A stretch of 55,981 nt of DNA from Nemertoderma westbladi (lineage: Eukaryota > Animalia > Xenacoelomorpha), in the NCBI GenBank assembly GCA_032718475.1, contig JAUCBJ010000841.1:1-55981 (forward strand), given 5' to 3'. This document shows positions 12,822 through 23,716 of this stretch, one piece after another. How positions within the stretch are numbered: position 1 is the first letter of the stretch; every line of letters starts with the position of its first letter. The translations under genes were made by a program, and so were the position numbers. The notes below the pieces were generated by a model. That model was not told where the DNA came from and did not search any database. It worked only from the letters and a program-made list of their open reading frames with translations.

Positions 12822-14594
12822 GAAGTTAGGACAATTCCGACCCGGACAATTCCGACCCGGATAATTCCGACCCGGACAATTCCGACCCAGACAATTCCGA
12901 CCCGGATAATTCCGAACCGGGCAATTCCGACCCGGACAATTCCGACCCGGAAAATTCCGACCCGGACAATTCCGAACCGGGAAATTCCGACCCGGTAAAT
13001 TCCCACCCGGACAATTCCGACCCGGACAAGTACGTCCCGGACAATTCCGACCCGGACAAGTACGACCCACTCAGAGATCGAATGAAATTTTCATGGCTAG
13101 GAATTGTCCGGGTCGGAATTATCCGGATTCAAATAAATAAAAATAATTAATATAAATTACCGGTAATCAATAACAAAAATTTGTCTTCTAGAACACTAAT
13201 ATTTTTCTTAATTAATAGCTAATATGTTTTAGAACACTTTAAAAATAGTAGCAAAAACTAGTTAGTATTAAACATTTTGTGGGGGTTGGTGTGTTGTGGG
13301 GGTTGGTGTGTTGTGGGGGTTGGTGTGTTGTGGGGGTTGGTGTGTTGTGGGGGTTGGTGTGTTGTGGTGGTTGGTGTGTTGTACGGGTTGGTGTGTTGTG
13401 GGGGTTGGTGTGTTGTGGGAGGTTGGTGTGTTGTGCGGGTTGGTGTGTTGTGGGGGTTGGTGTGTTGTGGGGGTTGGTGTGTTGTGGGGGTTGGTGTGTT
13501 GTAGGGGTTGGTGTGTTGTGGGGGTTGGTGTGCTGTGGGGGTTGGTGTGTTGTGGTGGTTGGTGTGTTGTGGTGGTTGGTGTGTTGTGGGGGTTGGTGTG
13601 TTGTGGGGGTTGGTGTGTTGTGGGGGTTGGTGTGCTGTGGGGGTTGGTGTGTTGTGGGGGTTGGTGTGTTGTGGGGGTTGGTGTGTTGTGGGGGTTGGTG
13701 TGTTGTGGGAGGTTGGTGTGTTGTGCGGGTTGGTGTGTTGTGGGGGTTGGTGTGTTGTGGGGGTTGGTGTGTTGTGGGGGTTGGTGTGTTGTGGGGGTTG
13801 GTGTGTTGTAGGGGTTGGTGTGTTGTGGGGGTTGGTGTGTTGTGGGGGTTGGTGTGTTGTGGTGGTTGGTGTGTTGTGGTGGTTGGTGTGTTGTGGGGGT
13901 TGGTGTGTTGTGGGGGTTGGTGTGTTGTGGGGGTTGGTGTGCTGTGGGGGTTGGTGTGTTGTGGGGGTTGGTGTGTTGTGGGGGTTGGTGTGTTGTGGGG
14001 GTTGGTGTGTTGTGGGGGTTGGTGTGTTGTGGGAGGTTGGTGTGTTGTGCGGGTTGGTGTGTTGTGGGGGTTGGTGTGTTGTGGGGGTTGGTGTGTTGTG
14101 GTGGTTGGTGTGTTGTGGTGGTTGGTGTGTTGTGGGGGTTGGTGTGTTGTGGGGGTTGGTGTGTTGTGGGGGTTGGTGTGTTGTGGGGGTTGGTGTGTTG
14201 TGGGGGTTGGTGTGTTGTGGGGGTTGGTGTGTTGTGGGGGTTGGTGTGTTGTGGGGGTTGGTGTGTTGTGGGGGTTGGTGTGTTGTGGGGGTTGGGGGTT
14301 GGTACAGACTAATACCGAATCCACTCAATTCTAAAATTATTTACTATACAACTATAAAATTACATAGTAAACGAAGAATATCCACGGACACAGCTTATAA
14401 TCTTATGTTGAATAATAAAAAATACAATGTTAAATAAAATTATTATTTATTATTATTATTTTTTAATTATTTGGGTCGGAATTGTCCTATGCTGGATCCG
14501 GACAATTCCGACCCCGGACAATTCTGACCCATGAAAATTTTATTTGATCTCTAAATGGGTCGGAATTGTCCGGGTCGGAATTGTCCGGGACACC
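12822..14594. mobile_element. Non-autonomous DNA transposon (Mutator- or hAT-like) with 15-bp subterminal repeats and 8-bp TSD
   Basis: AACTATTT directly flanks both ends (12814-12821, 14595-14602). GGACAATTCCGACCC repeats lie in inverted orientation at the two ends, and 13060-13095 is the approximate reverse complement of 14530-14562. Terminal bases are asymmetric, so the superfamily is uncertain. Confidence 0.75.
13277..14303. repeat. 17-bp G/T-rich minisatellite (TGTGGGGGTTGGTGTGT)n inside the transposon
   Basis: About 60 near-identical copies; the stop-free ORFs in several frames are artefacts of the repeat. Confidence 0.97.
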
Positions 14595-15789
14595 AACTAT
14601 TTCTAGGGGCCTTTGCGACTCAATGTAACTCACCTTAATATATCCAATATAAATAAAGTGGTTTATTGTAGATTTATTTCGAATTTAATATATGTTGCCG
14701 ACATCTCAATGTTAAATTATAATCTGTCAGAGTTGAACTGGTTGAACTGCAGTTGTAGATTTAATAAACAAGAGGTGATACTTGGCTGAAATATAATAAA
14801 ACGGAAAAATATTACGATATAATATTAAATTTTAATTAGCTTATATAAATTTGTTCAATGAAATTAACGATTTGGTTTATATCATATTTATTTATATAAA
14901 TTTAATATAATCCTAATATTTATCTGAAGTTTGTCTATCGTTCTCTAAATAGAGACAATCTTTATGAGAAATTGTTGTCGAAGTTTTTCAACTCAATGTA
15001 ACTCACCTAGATATATCGAAGCTGTACCACCACATACAGTAGGTAAGGTCACATATATTTTATGTCTAGTTGATCTTTCTGATATTTTGAGTTTATATCA
15101 TTGAGTTGTAGATTTAGAAACTTTCTAGTTAGTTGGCTGAAATATAACAAAAAGGAAACATTATGATGTTAGTTTAACAAACCGTGGAACGTGACCTACT
15201 GTAGATTTTTAGTAATGTTATCAATTCCGAAAAGTGCTGATATGGTACGGGTGCAAGGAACTCCTCATATCTCGAAAACTACTGGAGCTATTAAATTTCT
15301 CCTCTGAAAGAGGATATAATTTTAGTTAGGGACAAGTACTTTCGACGCGCTAGACGTATTGTTTCAGGGATTCTATCTAAGTGAAATAACTGGTCCACTA
15401 AATTTAGGGGCTTTGCAGCAGCTTGGCGGGTCGTATCTATTGTAGGTCATGACTGAAACTTCATAAACACTTAGACTGCTGTTGTTATTTTATAGCAAAA
15501 ACCAATACCGGTTCTGTAGCATTATAAGATGTAGAACAAGTAACGAAATCATTGTATATTTTATGCCCGGCTGTTATACTTACTTTAATATTTAATGAGT
15601 TAGTGGTGACCAACTGGAGTTTGTAAATGTTGAATCATCAAGTTACACGAAATGTTCCAGTTCTTTCATTGAATTTACAAAAGTTTGTTTCTTTTGCGAC
15701 AGACTTTAATCTATTAATAAAATTAGGAATAATAAATTTCATTTTAATGGAAAATTGAAAAAACATAGTAGAACTAGCTAAACATAACA

Positions 15790-15996
15790 TGTCCGAGTTC
15801 GCTCGACCTAGTAGTAGTAGTAGTGTCAACTACAACTGCTTGAACCACCTGTATTAACCTTTGAGTGCAGATTCAGTGGGCACTGCTGGAGAAGTAAACA
15901 TCAGGTCATTCCAGATCTACTTTTCTGGCAACCAACACATGGAAAGCTTAGCCGTGGACGACCGGTTATAAAATTTAAAGACCAGCTTGTAAGGAA
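15790..15996 (+). mobile_element. Two small fragments of RTE LINE family A
   Basis: TGTCCGAGTTCGCTCGACC(TAG)n matches the 3' end of the element at 25769-25793. 15865-15995 encodes RFSGHCWRSK..IPDLLFWQPTHGKLSRGRP, homologous to 25880-25975 (-). Confidence 0.75.
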
Positions 15997-17204
15997 GTTC
16001 CATTTCAGTTCCCAGATTGAGGTTCCTGGTACAGGTAATTATTACTTACCAGTAATTAAGTTCCACTTCAGTTCCCAGATTGAGGTTCCTGGTACATGTA
16101 ATTATTACTTACCAGTAATTAAGTTCCATTTCAGTTCCCAGATTGGGGTTCCTAGTACAGGTAATTATTACTTACCAGTAATTAAGTTCCACTTCAGTTC
16201 CCAGATTGAGGTTCCTAGTACAGGTAATTATTACTTACCAATAATTAAGTTCCACTTCAGTTCCCAGATTGAGGTTCCTGGTACACACCGGGTTCCACTT
16301 CAGTTCCCAGATTGAGGTTCCTGGTACACACCGGGTTCCACTTCAGTTCCCAGATTGAGGTTCCTGGTACACACCGGGTTCCACTTCAGTTCCCAAATTG
16401 AGGTTCCTGGTACACACCGGGTTCCAGTTCAGTTCCCAGATTGAGGTTCCTGGTACACACCGGGTTCCACTTCAGTTCCCAAATTGAGGTTCCTGGTACA
16501 CACCGGGTTCCAGTTCAGTTCCCAGATTGAGGTTCCTGGTACACACCGGGTTCCACTTCAGTTCCCAGATTGAGGTTCCTAGTACACACTGGGTTCCACT
16601 TCAGTTCCCAGATTGAGGTTCCTGGTACACACCGGGTTCCACTTCAGTTCGCAGATTGAGGTTCCTGGTACACACCGGGTTCCACTTCAGTTCCCAGATT
16701 GAGGTTCCTGGTACACACCGGGTTCCACTTCAGTTCCCAGATTGAGGTTCCTGGTACACACCGGGTTCCATTTCAGTTCCCAGATTGAGGTTCCTGGTAC
16801 ACACCGGGTTCCACTTCAGTTCGCAGATTGAGGTTCCTGGTACACACCGGGTTCCGCTTCAGTTCCCAGATTGAGGTTCCTGGTACACACCGGGTTCCAC
16901 TTCAGTTCGCAGATTGAGGTTCCTGGTACACACCGGGTTCCACTTCAGTTCGCAGATTGAGGTTCCTGGTACACACCGGGTTCCACTTCAGTTCCCAGAT
17001 TGAGGTTCCTGGTACACACCGGGTTCCACTTCAGTTCGCAGATTGAGGTTCCTGGTACACACCGGGTTCCACTTCAGTTCCCAGATTGAGGTTCCTGGTA
17101 CACACCGGGTTCCACTTCAGTTCGCAGATTGAGGTTCCTGGTACACACCGGGTTCCACTTCAGTTCCCAGATTGAGGTTCCTGGTACACACCGGGTTCCA
17201 CTTC
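15997..17204. repeat. Composite minisatellite: four 63-bp units followed by about 22 43-bp units sharing a 37-bp core
   Basis: Core GTTCCACTTCAGTTCCCAGATTGAGGTTCCTGGTACA plus either GGTAATTATTACTTACCAGTAATTAA or CACCGG. Confidence 0.95.
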
Positions 17205-17415
17205 TGTTCGCGCTTTCAGACCTTTGGCAGTTTAACCCGCCAAATTAGAATGTCTTCTAGATAATAAATCGCTTTTTAGTCTATGACAAGTATTTGATTC
17301 ACTACACTAGTCGAAACCAATCCGTGCGCGACCATTCACCCGCTGGATATTCCCGGGAGATTGGGTTCGACGGTTTAATTTTTATTGCTATGTAAGCCTA
17401 ATGTATTATTCGACT
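17205..17415 (-). mobile_element. Truncated LTR fragment of the BEL/Pao family at 41188-55348
   Basis: TGTTCGCGCTTTCAGACCTTTGGCAG...GTATTATTCGACT aligns with 41188-41395 and 54148-54356, with scattered substitutions. Confidence 0.9.
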
Positions 17416-17737
17416 AGAATTGTGTGGCAATGGGGCTGAATATATAGGAATATGCAAAGACGGTACTGCTGTACTGTCTGACTGTGGTCCTTTCACTGTA
17501 CTGCTGTACTGCTGTACTGCTGACTTCTGGACCGTATTGTTCACCTGCTACACCATGAGCTGTTGGTTGCACTGATGCCAACCTAACGCCCTCCACCATC
17601 CTACATCGCAGTTAAATAATCCGTTCAAAGGCCTAACTTCAATCCTGTAATCACACAGAAATAATCCCTATCCTATAGGCCTACGCCCGCTCAGAGTGGC
17701 TATCTACAGTCCCCGTCTTCCTCTAGTATCCACCAAC

Positions 17738-18580
17738 ATGGGTCCAAAATCTGACAACTGGAATACGGCCATGGAGAAACTAAAAGACCTAATCGAAACT
17801 AAGTTCGAAACTCTAGATGAAGACATGAAACTCATTAAAACACAACTAGAAAATATCCCACTCCTTATCAACGAGAATGACCACTTAAAGAAAGAAAACG
17901 AAATCCTAAAGGAGAAACTCGACGAACAAGCGATGACGATAGATGAACTAAACCAATATGAGCGGCGTCACTCGATTCTCATTCACGGCATCCCGGATAT
18001 TAACAATGACAAAGACGACGACCGACAAAGTATTACAGATATCCTATCCAAATTAGACATTAGCTTCAACTCGGTCGATATTTTCCATCGCCTTGGTAAA
18101 CCGAAACCCCCTGTTAGCGGTAATAAAAAATCTTCCCGACCAATCATCGTGCGTTTCTACGGACATTCATCCCGATGGATCGCGTTTGGCAACCGCAAAT
18201 CGCTTCCCCCAGGTGTATACCTAACAGACCACCTCACTCCGCAACGGTCCGCTCTCCTCCGCTATGCCCTAAAGTTGAAACGCTCAGAACGTCTCCACGC
18301 CGCCTATTCGTATAATGGCGTGGTAACGGTTCGATTATCGCCAAGCGGCCAACCGATACCAGTTCACTCTACTGCCGAAGTCGATAAGGTCTGTATCTCC
18401 GAAGTGAACCCCCAAAATTCGGACACCCGTAGCCCCCACGGAAGCGATCCTAAAATAACCAGCGGATCTACATCCAGCTATACTCATCGCCCACGACGCA
18501 AGGCTACCGGAGCCGTAACGACGATAGAAAACTCGAACCAATATGCTGTATTGAACGATATCAACCGCGGTAAGGAATGA
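17738..18580 (+). CDS. LINE ORF1 protein (coiled coil + RRM/CTD-like)
   Basis: First ATG gives MGPKSDNW; heptad-rich region; NQYERRHSILIHGIPD, HRLGKP, RPIIVRF and YLTDHLT motifs typical of CR1/L2-group ORF1. Confidence 0.85.
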   Translation: MGPKSDNWNTAMEKLKDLIETKFETLDEDMKLIKTQLENIPLLINENDHLKKENEILKEKLDEQAMTIDELNQYERRHSILIHGIPDINNDKDDDRQSITDILSKLDISFNSVDIFHRLGKPKPPVSGNKKSSRPIIVRFYGHSSRWIAFGNRKSLPPGVYLTDHLTPQRSALLRYALKLKRSERLHAAYSYNGVVTVRLSPSGQPIPVHSTAEVDKVCISEVNPQNSDTRSPHGSDPKITSGSTSSYTHRPRRKATGAVTTIENSNQYAVLNDINRGKE

Positions 18581-18870
18581 TTAATAATTAAAATACTTCA
18601 TCGTTCACACAACTTTTCTGTAAAAATGGCCCTCGCTATGAATTTACTGTCTAAAACATTTCACACCATATATGTACGTACTGGTATATGTTACATTAGG
18701 TTTACCCTATATTATATTATATCATGTAATCTCTAATCCTTTTCTTTTCTTTTCTTAATAATGAAAGAAGTTAGTTAATAATATCGTCACATTCTGAATT
18801 TCAAGTGCTGAATACAGTTATGGTGGTGGGTGTTGAGTTGCTTTTTTGCTTCCAACTACAGCTGCTAGTA

Positions 18871-21800
18871 ATGTTGTTTTCTACCCTTTATAATCCCAAA
18901 CCCCCCAACCTTGACCCCTCCTCCCCATCCCATCCCGTCGCCCTACCCCCTTCTCCCCCATTCTGTACTCATTGCTTTTCAGAGATACTGAACCGTGACA
19001 GATCGATACGCTGTGTGGTATGTGGTGGCGCTTACCATTTGCCATGTGGAACTTACTTATGTGGGCAGGAAGTAACTGACAGTTATGAAATTACTTGCAT
19101 TTTTTGTTATCATGATATTTTTCCTTTTTCAATGGTTGATACTTCTGACAGTGACATTTTCGAAAGAGATATTGTCGATATCATACCACCCAATACAAAT
19201 ACTGATAATTTACTCCGGCATATAGACCCCGATAAGCACATACCATCCTACGTGTGTCAATCAGATTACTACAATGAAACCAATTTTAACGAAGAATTTT
19301 CGACGCCTAATATCCAAAATAAAAATTTTTCCATCTTCAACCTTAATTGCAGAAGCCTTTCTACGAATTTTAGTGACACCATTGATTTTTTGGACCTTTT
19401 AAATTTCAAATTTGATGCGTTGACATTTACCGAAACATTTCTTACAGACAAACATGATTTAAACCAATTCAAAATTAATGGCTATGAAGGCCCTTTTATC
19501 TGCAATAGAAAATACGGCAAACTGTCACGCGGTGGCACTGGAATTTATGTTAGAACTGGTTACTCTGTAGCTCACAGAACAGATATAACACTTGAAGGGC
19601 TTGAATCAACATGGATTGAAATTAAGCGCCCAAACCAAATGAAAAATCTCATCATTGGATCTATTTATAGACCTGATTCTTATTGCCGAGAAAAATTCCT
19701 AGAAGTAATGGAAAAATTATTAAATAATATAACGATGAAAAAGCTTGATATAATTATCGCTGGAGATTTCAACGTTGACCTTCTAACTCCCACAAGTTAC
19801 TCTTTGAAATATCTTAAATTTTTTCAATCCATTGGATTTGAGCAACTAATTGACAAGGCCACGCGCATCACTCAGCATTCCAAATCACTTATCGATCACA
19901 TATTTTCAAATATTTCTGGAGTTATTAAAAAACCAGGTGTGTTTCTTAATGAGATCGGTACAACAGACCACTTACCAACTTTTTATGTTTTAGATAATTA
20001 CGATAATTATTTTGAAAAACATACACACACCAAATTCACACATGACTATAGCAAATTCAAGAACGACATTTTTCAGCGTGACCTAATTGAAGAATTGTCT
20101 TGGAACTATGCAGACCCGGCTGTGCCAAATAAATTAAAGTTCTCGCAGTTTTATGCAGATTTTGAAAAAATATGTAATGAAAACTTGCCATTGAAAAAAG
20201 CCTCTACTTTTCCAATAATAAAAAAGCCCTGGATGAATCAAAGTTTAGTAAACTGCGCTATAAAAAAAAATAGAATGTATCGAGATCTAATGGAATACCC
20301 ATCTCATAAGAAACAAGTGGATTATAGGAATTACAGAAACTTCCTAACAAAAACTTTGCGTTCGGCCCAAAAGCAATACTATCATAAAGAATTTACTAAT
20401 AACTCCGGAAATATCAAAAAAACATGGCGCACCATTAACTCCGCAATAAACCGACGAAACCAAACAAATATACCAAAAAAATTACTCATTCCATCACAAA
20501 TCGGCAAGACAGAAATAAGTCAACCGCGAGATATTGCCACTGCATTTAATTCTCATTTTGGTTCAATTGGCCCAACGCTAGAAAAGGCTATACCGATATC
20601 CAACCGGTCCCCAACAAGATATATAAATAATAAACACCCAAAATCATTTTCACTAATCGGTACTTGTACCGCTGAGATCTCCCTTTTTATTCTAGAATTG
20701 GACAACTCCTGCTCAACCAATGACAATTTCCCACTAAAATTAGTAAAATTAGCTGTTAAACAAATTGCACCTCGATTAGCCGCGCTTATAAATTTATCCA
20801 TTGACCAGGGTTTCTTCCCAGATGCCCTAAAGTGTGCAAAAATTATCCCCGTTTACAAAAATGGTGACCCTTTTGATGTAAACAATTATAGACCTATATC
20901 CATTTTGCCAGTTTTCAGTAAATTGTATGAACGTCTCATAAATAACCAATTATTATCATATCTGGACAAATTCTCCCACCTCTCTGAATCACAGCACGGC
21001 TTCCGTAAAAAAAGGTCCACTACAGACGCGATATTAATTACCACAGAAAAAATAAGGAACTGTCTCGATAATCACAACACTGCTTGTCTCATCAGTCTGG
21101 ACCTTAAAAAAGCGTTCGATACGCTTAACCATAATATTTTGTTGAAAAAATTAGAATCATACGGTATCAGGGGTCTCCCGTTAAAACTAATTGCTGACTA
21201 TCTAAAGGATCGGCAGCATGTAGTTAGTATTAATAACGTCCTGTCAGATCCTTTAATCTTGCTTTGCGGTATTCCACAAGGGTCCCTAATCTCCCCTACT
21301 TTGTTTTTAATATATATAAACGACCTTCCCAACTCCACAAAATTAATCACCACTCTTTTTGCAGACGATACCACACTTCTCCACTTTGATAGAAATCCAC
21401 ATAGGTTGATACAAACAGTAAATGATGAATTAAAGAATATTGACCAATGGTTAATAGACAATAGGTTATCCTTAAATCTCACAAAAACAGAATATATTTT
21501 TATCTCCAGTACTTATGACAACCATCCAACAACTCATCCAATCAAAATCCGTGACCAACTTATAAAAATGAAACCATCTACTAAATTTTTAGGAACATTA
21601 ATCGATAATAAATTATCTTGGAAACCACACTGTGACTATATCCTGTCAAAAATATCTAAAACTATAGGAATTTTTTATAAATTGCGATACATATTTCCTT
21701 TAAATATACTTAGACTTCTTTACTACTCCCTGCTATATCCTTATATATCCTATGGAATAATTCTCTGGGGAAATACATGCAAAAAATATTTAAATCCAAT

Positions 21801-22200
21801 CCAAATAAAAATAAATAAGGTCATCCGCGCTATAACATTCAACCACTACCAGGCACACGCCGCCCCTATCTATAAGTCCCTACATATCCTTCCTCTAGAT
21901 CTACTATACAAACAAGAAGTAGCAAAATTCATGTTTTCAATACATCATGGCAACAAACCAGTAGCATTAAAATCTTTATTTCAAAAATCCTCGCAAATAC
22001 ACGAACATTACACTCGATCTAGCTCGCGAGGAAACTACTTTATTCCATCTACAAGATTAGTAGTTGCACAAAAATCAATACACTACGACGGGTCAATAGT
22101 ATGGAATAACCTTCCCCAAAATATTAAATTACAAAAATCTCGAAGCAGTTTTATAAAGTACCTAAAAAATCACCTCTTCTCACTGCTTGATCGTATTTAA
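18871..22200 (+). CDS. LINE ORF2: PHD-like finger, APE endonuclease, reverse transcriptase
   Basis: CTHC..CVVC..YHLPC..CIFC; EN motifs NLNCRSL, TET, IYRP, AGDFN, IDHIF, TDHLP; RT motifs QHGFR, LDLKKAFDT, GIPQGS, LFADD. Uninterrupted frame; the start codon is uncertain (frame open from 18805). Confidence 0.93.
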   Translation: MLFSTLYNPKPPNLDPSSPSHPVALPPSPPFCTHCFSEILNRDRSIRCVVCGGAYHLPCGTYLCGQEVTDSYEITCIFCYHDIFPFSMVDTSDSDIFERDIVDIIPPNTNTDNLLRHIDPDKHIPSYVCQSDYYNETNFNEEFSTPNIQNKNFSIFNLNCRSLSTNFSDTIDFLDLLNFKFDALTFTETFLTDKHDLNQFKINGYEGPFICNRKYGKLSRGGTGIYVRTGYSVAHRTDITLEGLESTWIEIKRPNQMKNLIIGSIYRPDSYCREKFLEVMEKLLNNITMKKLDIIIAGDFNVDLLTPTSYSLKYLKFFQSIGFEQLIDKATRITQHSKSLIDHIFSNISGVIKKPGVFLNEIGTTDHLPTFYVLDNYDNYFEKHTHTKFTHDYSKFKNDIFQRDLIEELSWNYADPAVPNKLKFSQFYADFEKICNENLPLKKASTFPIIKKPWMNQSLVNCAIKKNRMYRDLMEYPSHKKQVDYRNYRNFLTKTLRSAQKQYYHKEFTNNSGNIKKTWRTINSAINRRNQTNIPKKLLIPSQIGKTEISQPRDIATAFNSHFGSIGPTLEKAIPISNRSPTRYINNKHPKSFSLIGTCTAEISLFILELDNSCSTNDNFPLKLVKLAVKQIAPRLAALINLSIDQGFFPDALKCAKIIPVYKNGDPFDVNNYRPISILPVFSKLYERLINNQLLSYLDKFSHLSESQHGFRKKRSTTDAILITTEKIRNCLDNHNTACLISLDLKKAFDTLNHNILLKKLESYGIRGLPLKLIADYLKDRQHVVSINNVLSDPLILLCGIPQGSLISPTLFLIYINDLPNSTKLITTLFADDTTLLHFDRNPHRLIQTVNDELKNIDQWLIDNRLSLNLTKTEYIFISSTYDNHPTTHPIKIRDQLIKMKPSTKFLGTLIDNKLSWKPHCDYILSKISKTIGIFYKLRYIFPLNILRLLYYSLLYPYISYGIILWGNTCKKYLNPIQIKINKVIRAITFNHYQAHAAPIYKSLHILPLDLLYKQEVAKFMFSIHHGNKPVALKSLFQKSSQIHEHYTRSSSRGNYFIPSTRLVVAQKSIHYDGSIVWNNLPQNIKLQKSRSSFIKYLKNHLFSLLDRI

Positions 22201-22943
22201 AACTCCGAAAACTAGTTTTCCCAAAAAATTTATTCTTATCTAAATTGTTATTATTTAAATAATTATTTCCCCATAATTTACTTATTATTCGCGCATAATT
22301 TCATAACTAGATGTTAGTAACTATAATTTGTAAGCATCTATGACGCGGTGAAAGCCCATCGTCCTCATTTCGTGTTCGCCGTCGCCCTTCATGTCTCTGA
22401 TTAGTAAATCCACCCCTTGCCCCCCCCCCCCCCCCCCCCCCCCCCTATATTCCCCACTACATCTTCCTCCTGTCATCTACCGTTATAATTACATCTAAAA
22501 TTACATTAATACCGAAATATTTACATTTCATCACCTGTTATAATTTGGCCGCACTAGCTCTGTAGAGCTATGGCCTAGTCTAAACTGTGCTATGGTTTGT
22601 GCTTACGTGAGAAATGTAAAAAAATGTAAATTAAATTGAAATTGAATTGAATTGAAAAAATGAGAGAACCTATTAAGCGAATCCCGAGGGAGGAGTAGTG
22701 ATAAATAAATAGCCAAAAAGGCTCCAAAACGGACTACATAAACTATTTAAATACAGATTGTGAATTTTTGTTCTGTAGTGAATATCAGGACCAGAAAGTT
22801 TATGTAGCTAAAGATAAAAACAAAAATAAAGATATTGACTATAACTAACCCAAAAATATAGAATTTGTGAATGATCAGGCCAGAACAACTATACCGTGCA
22901 TACGCAATCTAAATTAAACACTCCAACTCTGCGCGAAATGCCA

Positions 22944-23716
22944 GCAGCTCATAAACACTCCGGCAAACTAACCTGCAGCTCATAAACACTCCGGCAAACT
23001 AACCTGCATCTCATAAACACTCCGACAAACTAACCTGCAGCTCATAAACACTCCGACAAACTAACCTGCAGCTCATAAACACTCCGGCAAACTAACCTGC
23101 AGCTCATAAACACCATGGCAAACTAACCTGCAGCTCATAAACACTCCGGCCAACCTGCAGCTCATAAACACCCCGGCAAACTAACCTGCAGCTCATAAAC
23201 ACTCCGGCAAACTAACCTGCAGCTCATAAATACTCCGACAAACTAACCTGCAGCTCATAAACACTCCGGCAAACTAACCTGCAGCTCATAAACACTCCGG
23301 CAAACTAACCTGCAGCTCATAAACACTCCGACAAACTAACCTGCAGCTCATAAACACTCCGGCAAACTAACCTGCAGCTCATAAACACCCTGGCAAACTA
23401 ACCTGCAGCTCATAAACACCCTGGCAAACTAACCTGCAGCTCATAAACACCCTGGCAAACTAACCTGCAGCTCATAAACACCCTGGCAAACTAACCTGCA
23501 GCTCATAAACACTCCGGCAAACTAACCAGCAGCTCATAAACACTCCGGCAAACTAACCTGCAGCTCATAAACACCCTGGCAAACTAACCTGCATCTCATA
23601 AACACTCCGGCAAACCAACCTGCAGCTCATAAACACCCCGGCAAACTAACCAGCAGCTCATAAACACCCTGGCAAACTAACCTGCAGCTCATAAACACTC
23701 CGGCAAACTAACCTGC
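22944..23716. repeat. 31-bp minisatellite (CAGCTCATAAACACTCCGGCAAACTAACCTG)n overlapping the EHD exon-3 donor
   Basis: About 25 copies. The minus-strand unit is CAG|GTTAGTTTGCCGGAGTGTTTATGAGCTG. Confidence 0.95.

Larger units (their letters stand above)
17416..22655 (+). mobile_element. Apparently full-length CR1/L2-group (Crack/Daphne-like) LINE
   Basis: 5' UTR, ORF1, ORF2, 3' UTR and an (ATTGA)n-type tail at about 22630-22655. No TSD seen; 5' boundary is approximate. Confidence 0.88.

Noticed and set aside
13239-14437. Long ORFs (300-360 aa) rich in Pro/Thr/His or Cys/Gly/Val
   Set aside because: Open in multiple frames on both strands because the 17-bp unit has no stop codon; lies inside a transposon.
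15790-15825. Hairpin CGAGTTCGCTCG followed by CTAGT, resembling a Helitron 3' end
   Set aside because: It matches the last codons and (TAG)n tail of the RTE element at 25769-25793.
15997-17204. Regular 37-bp repeat with intervening sequence resembling a CRISPR array
   Set aside because: The intervening sequences are identical rather than unique spacers, there are no cas genes, and the context is eukaryotic. It is a minisatellite.
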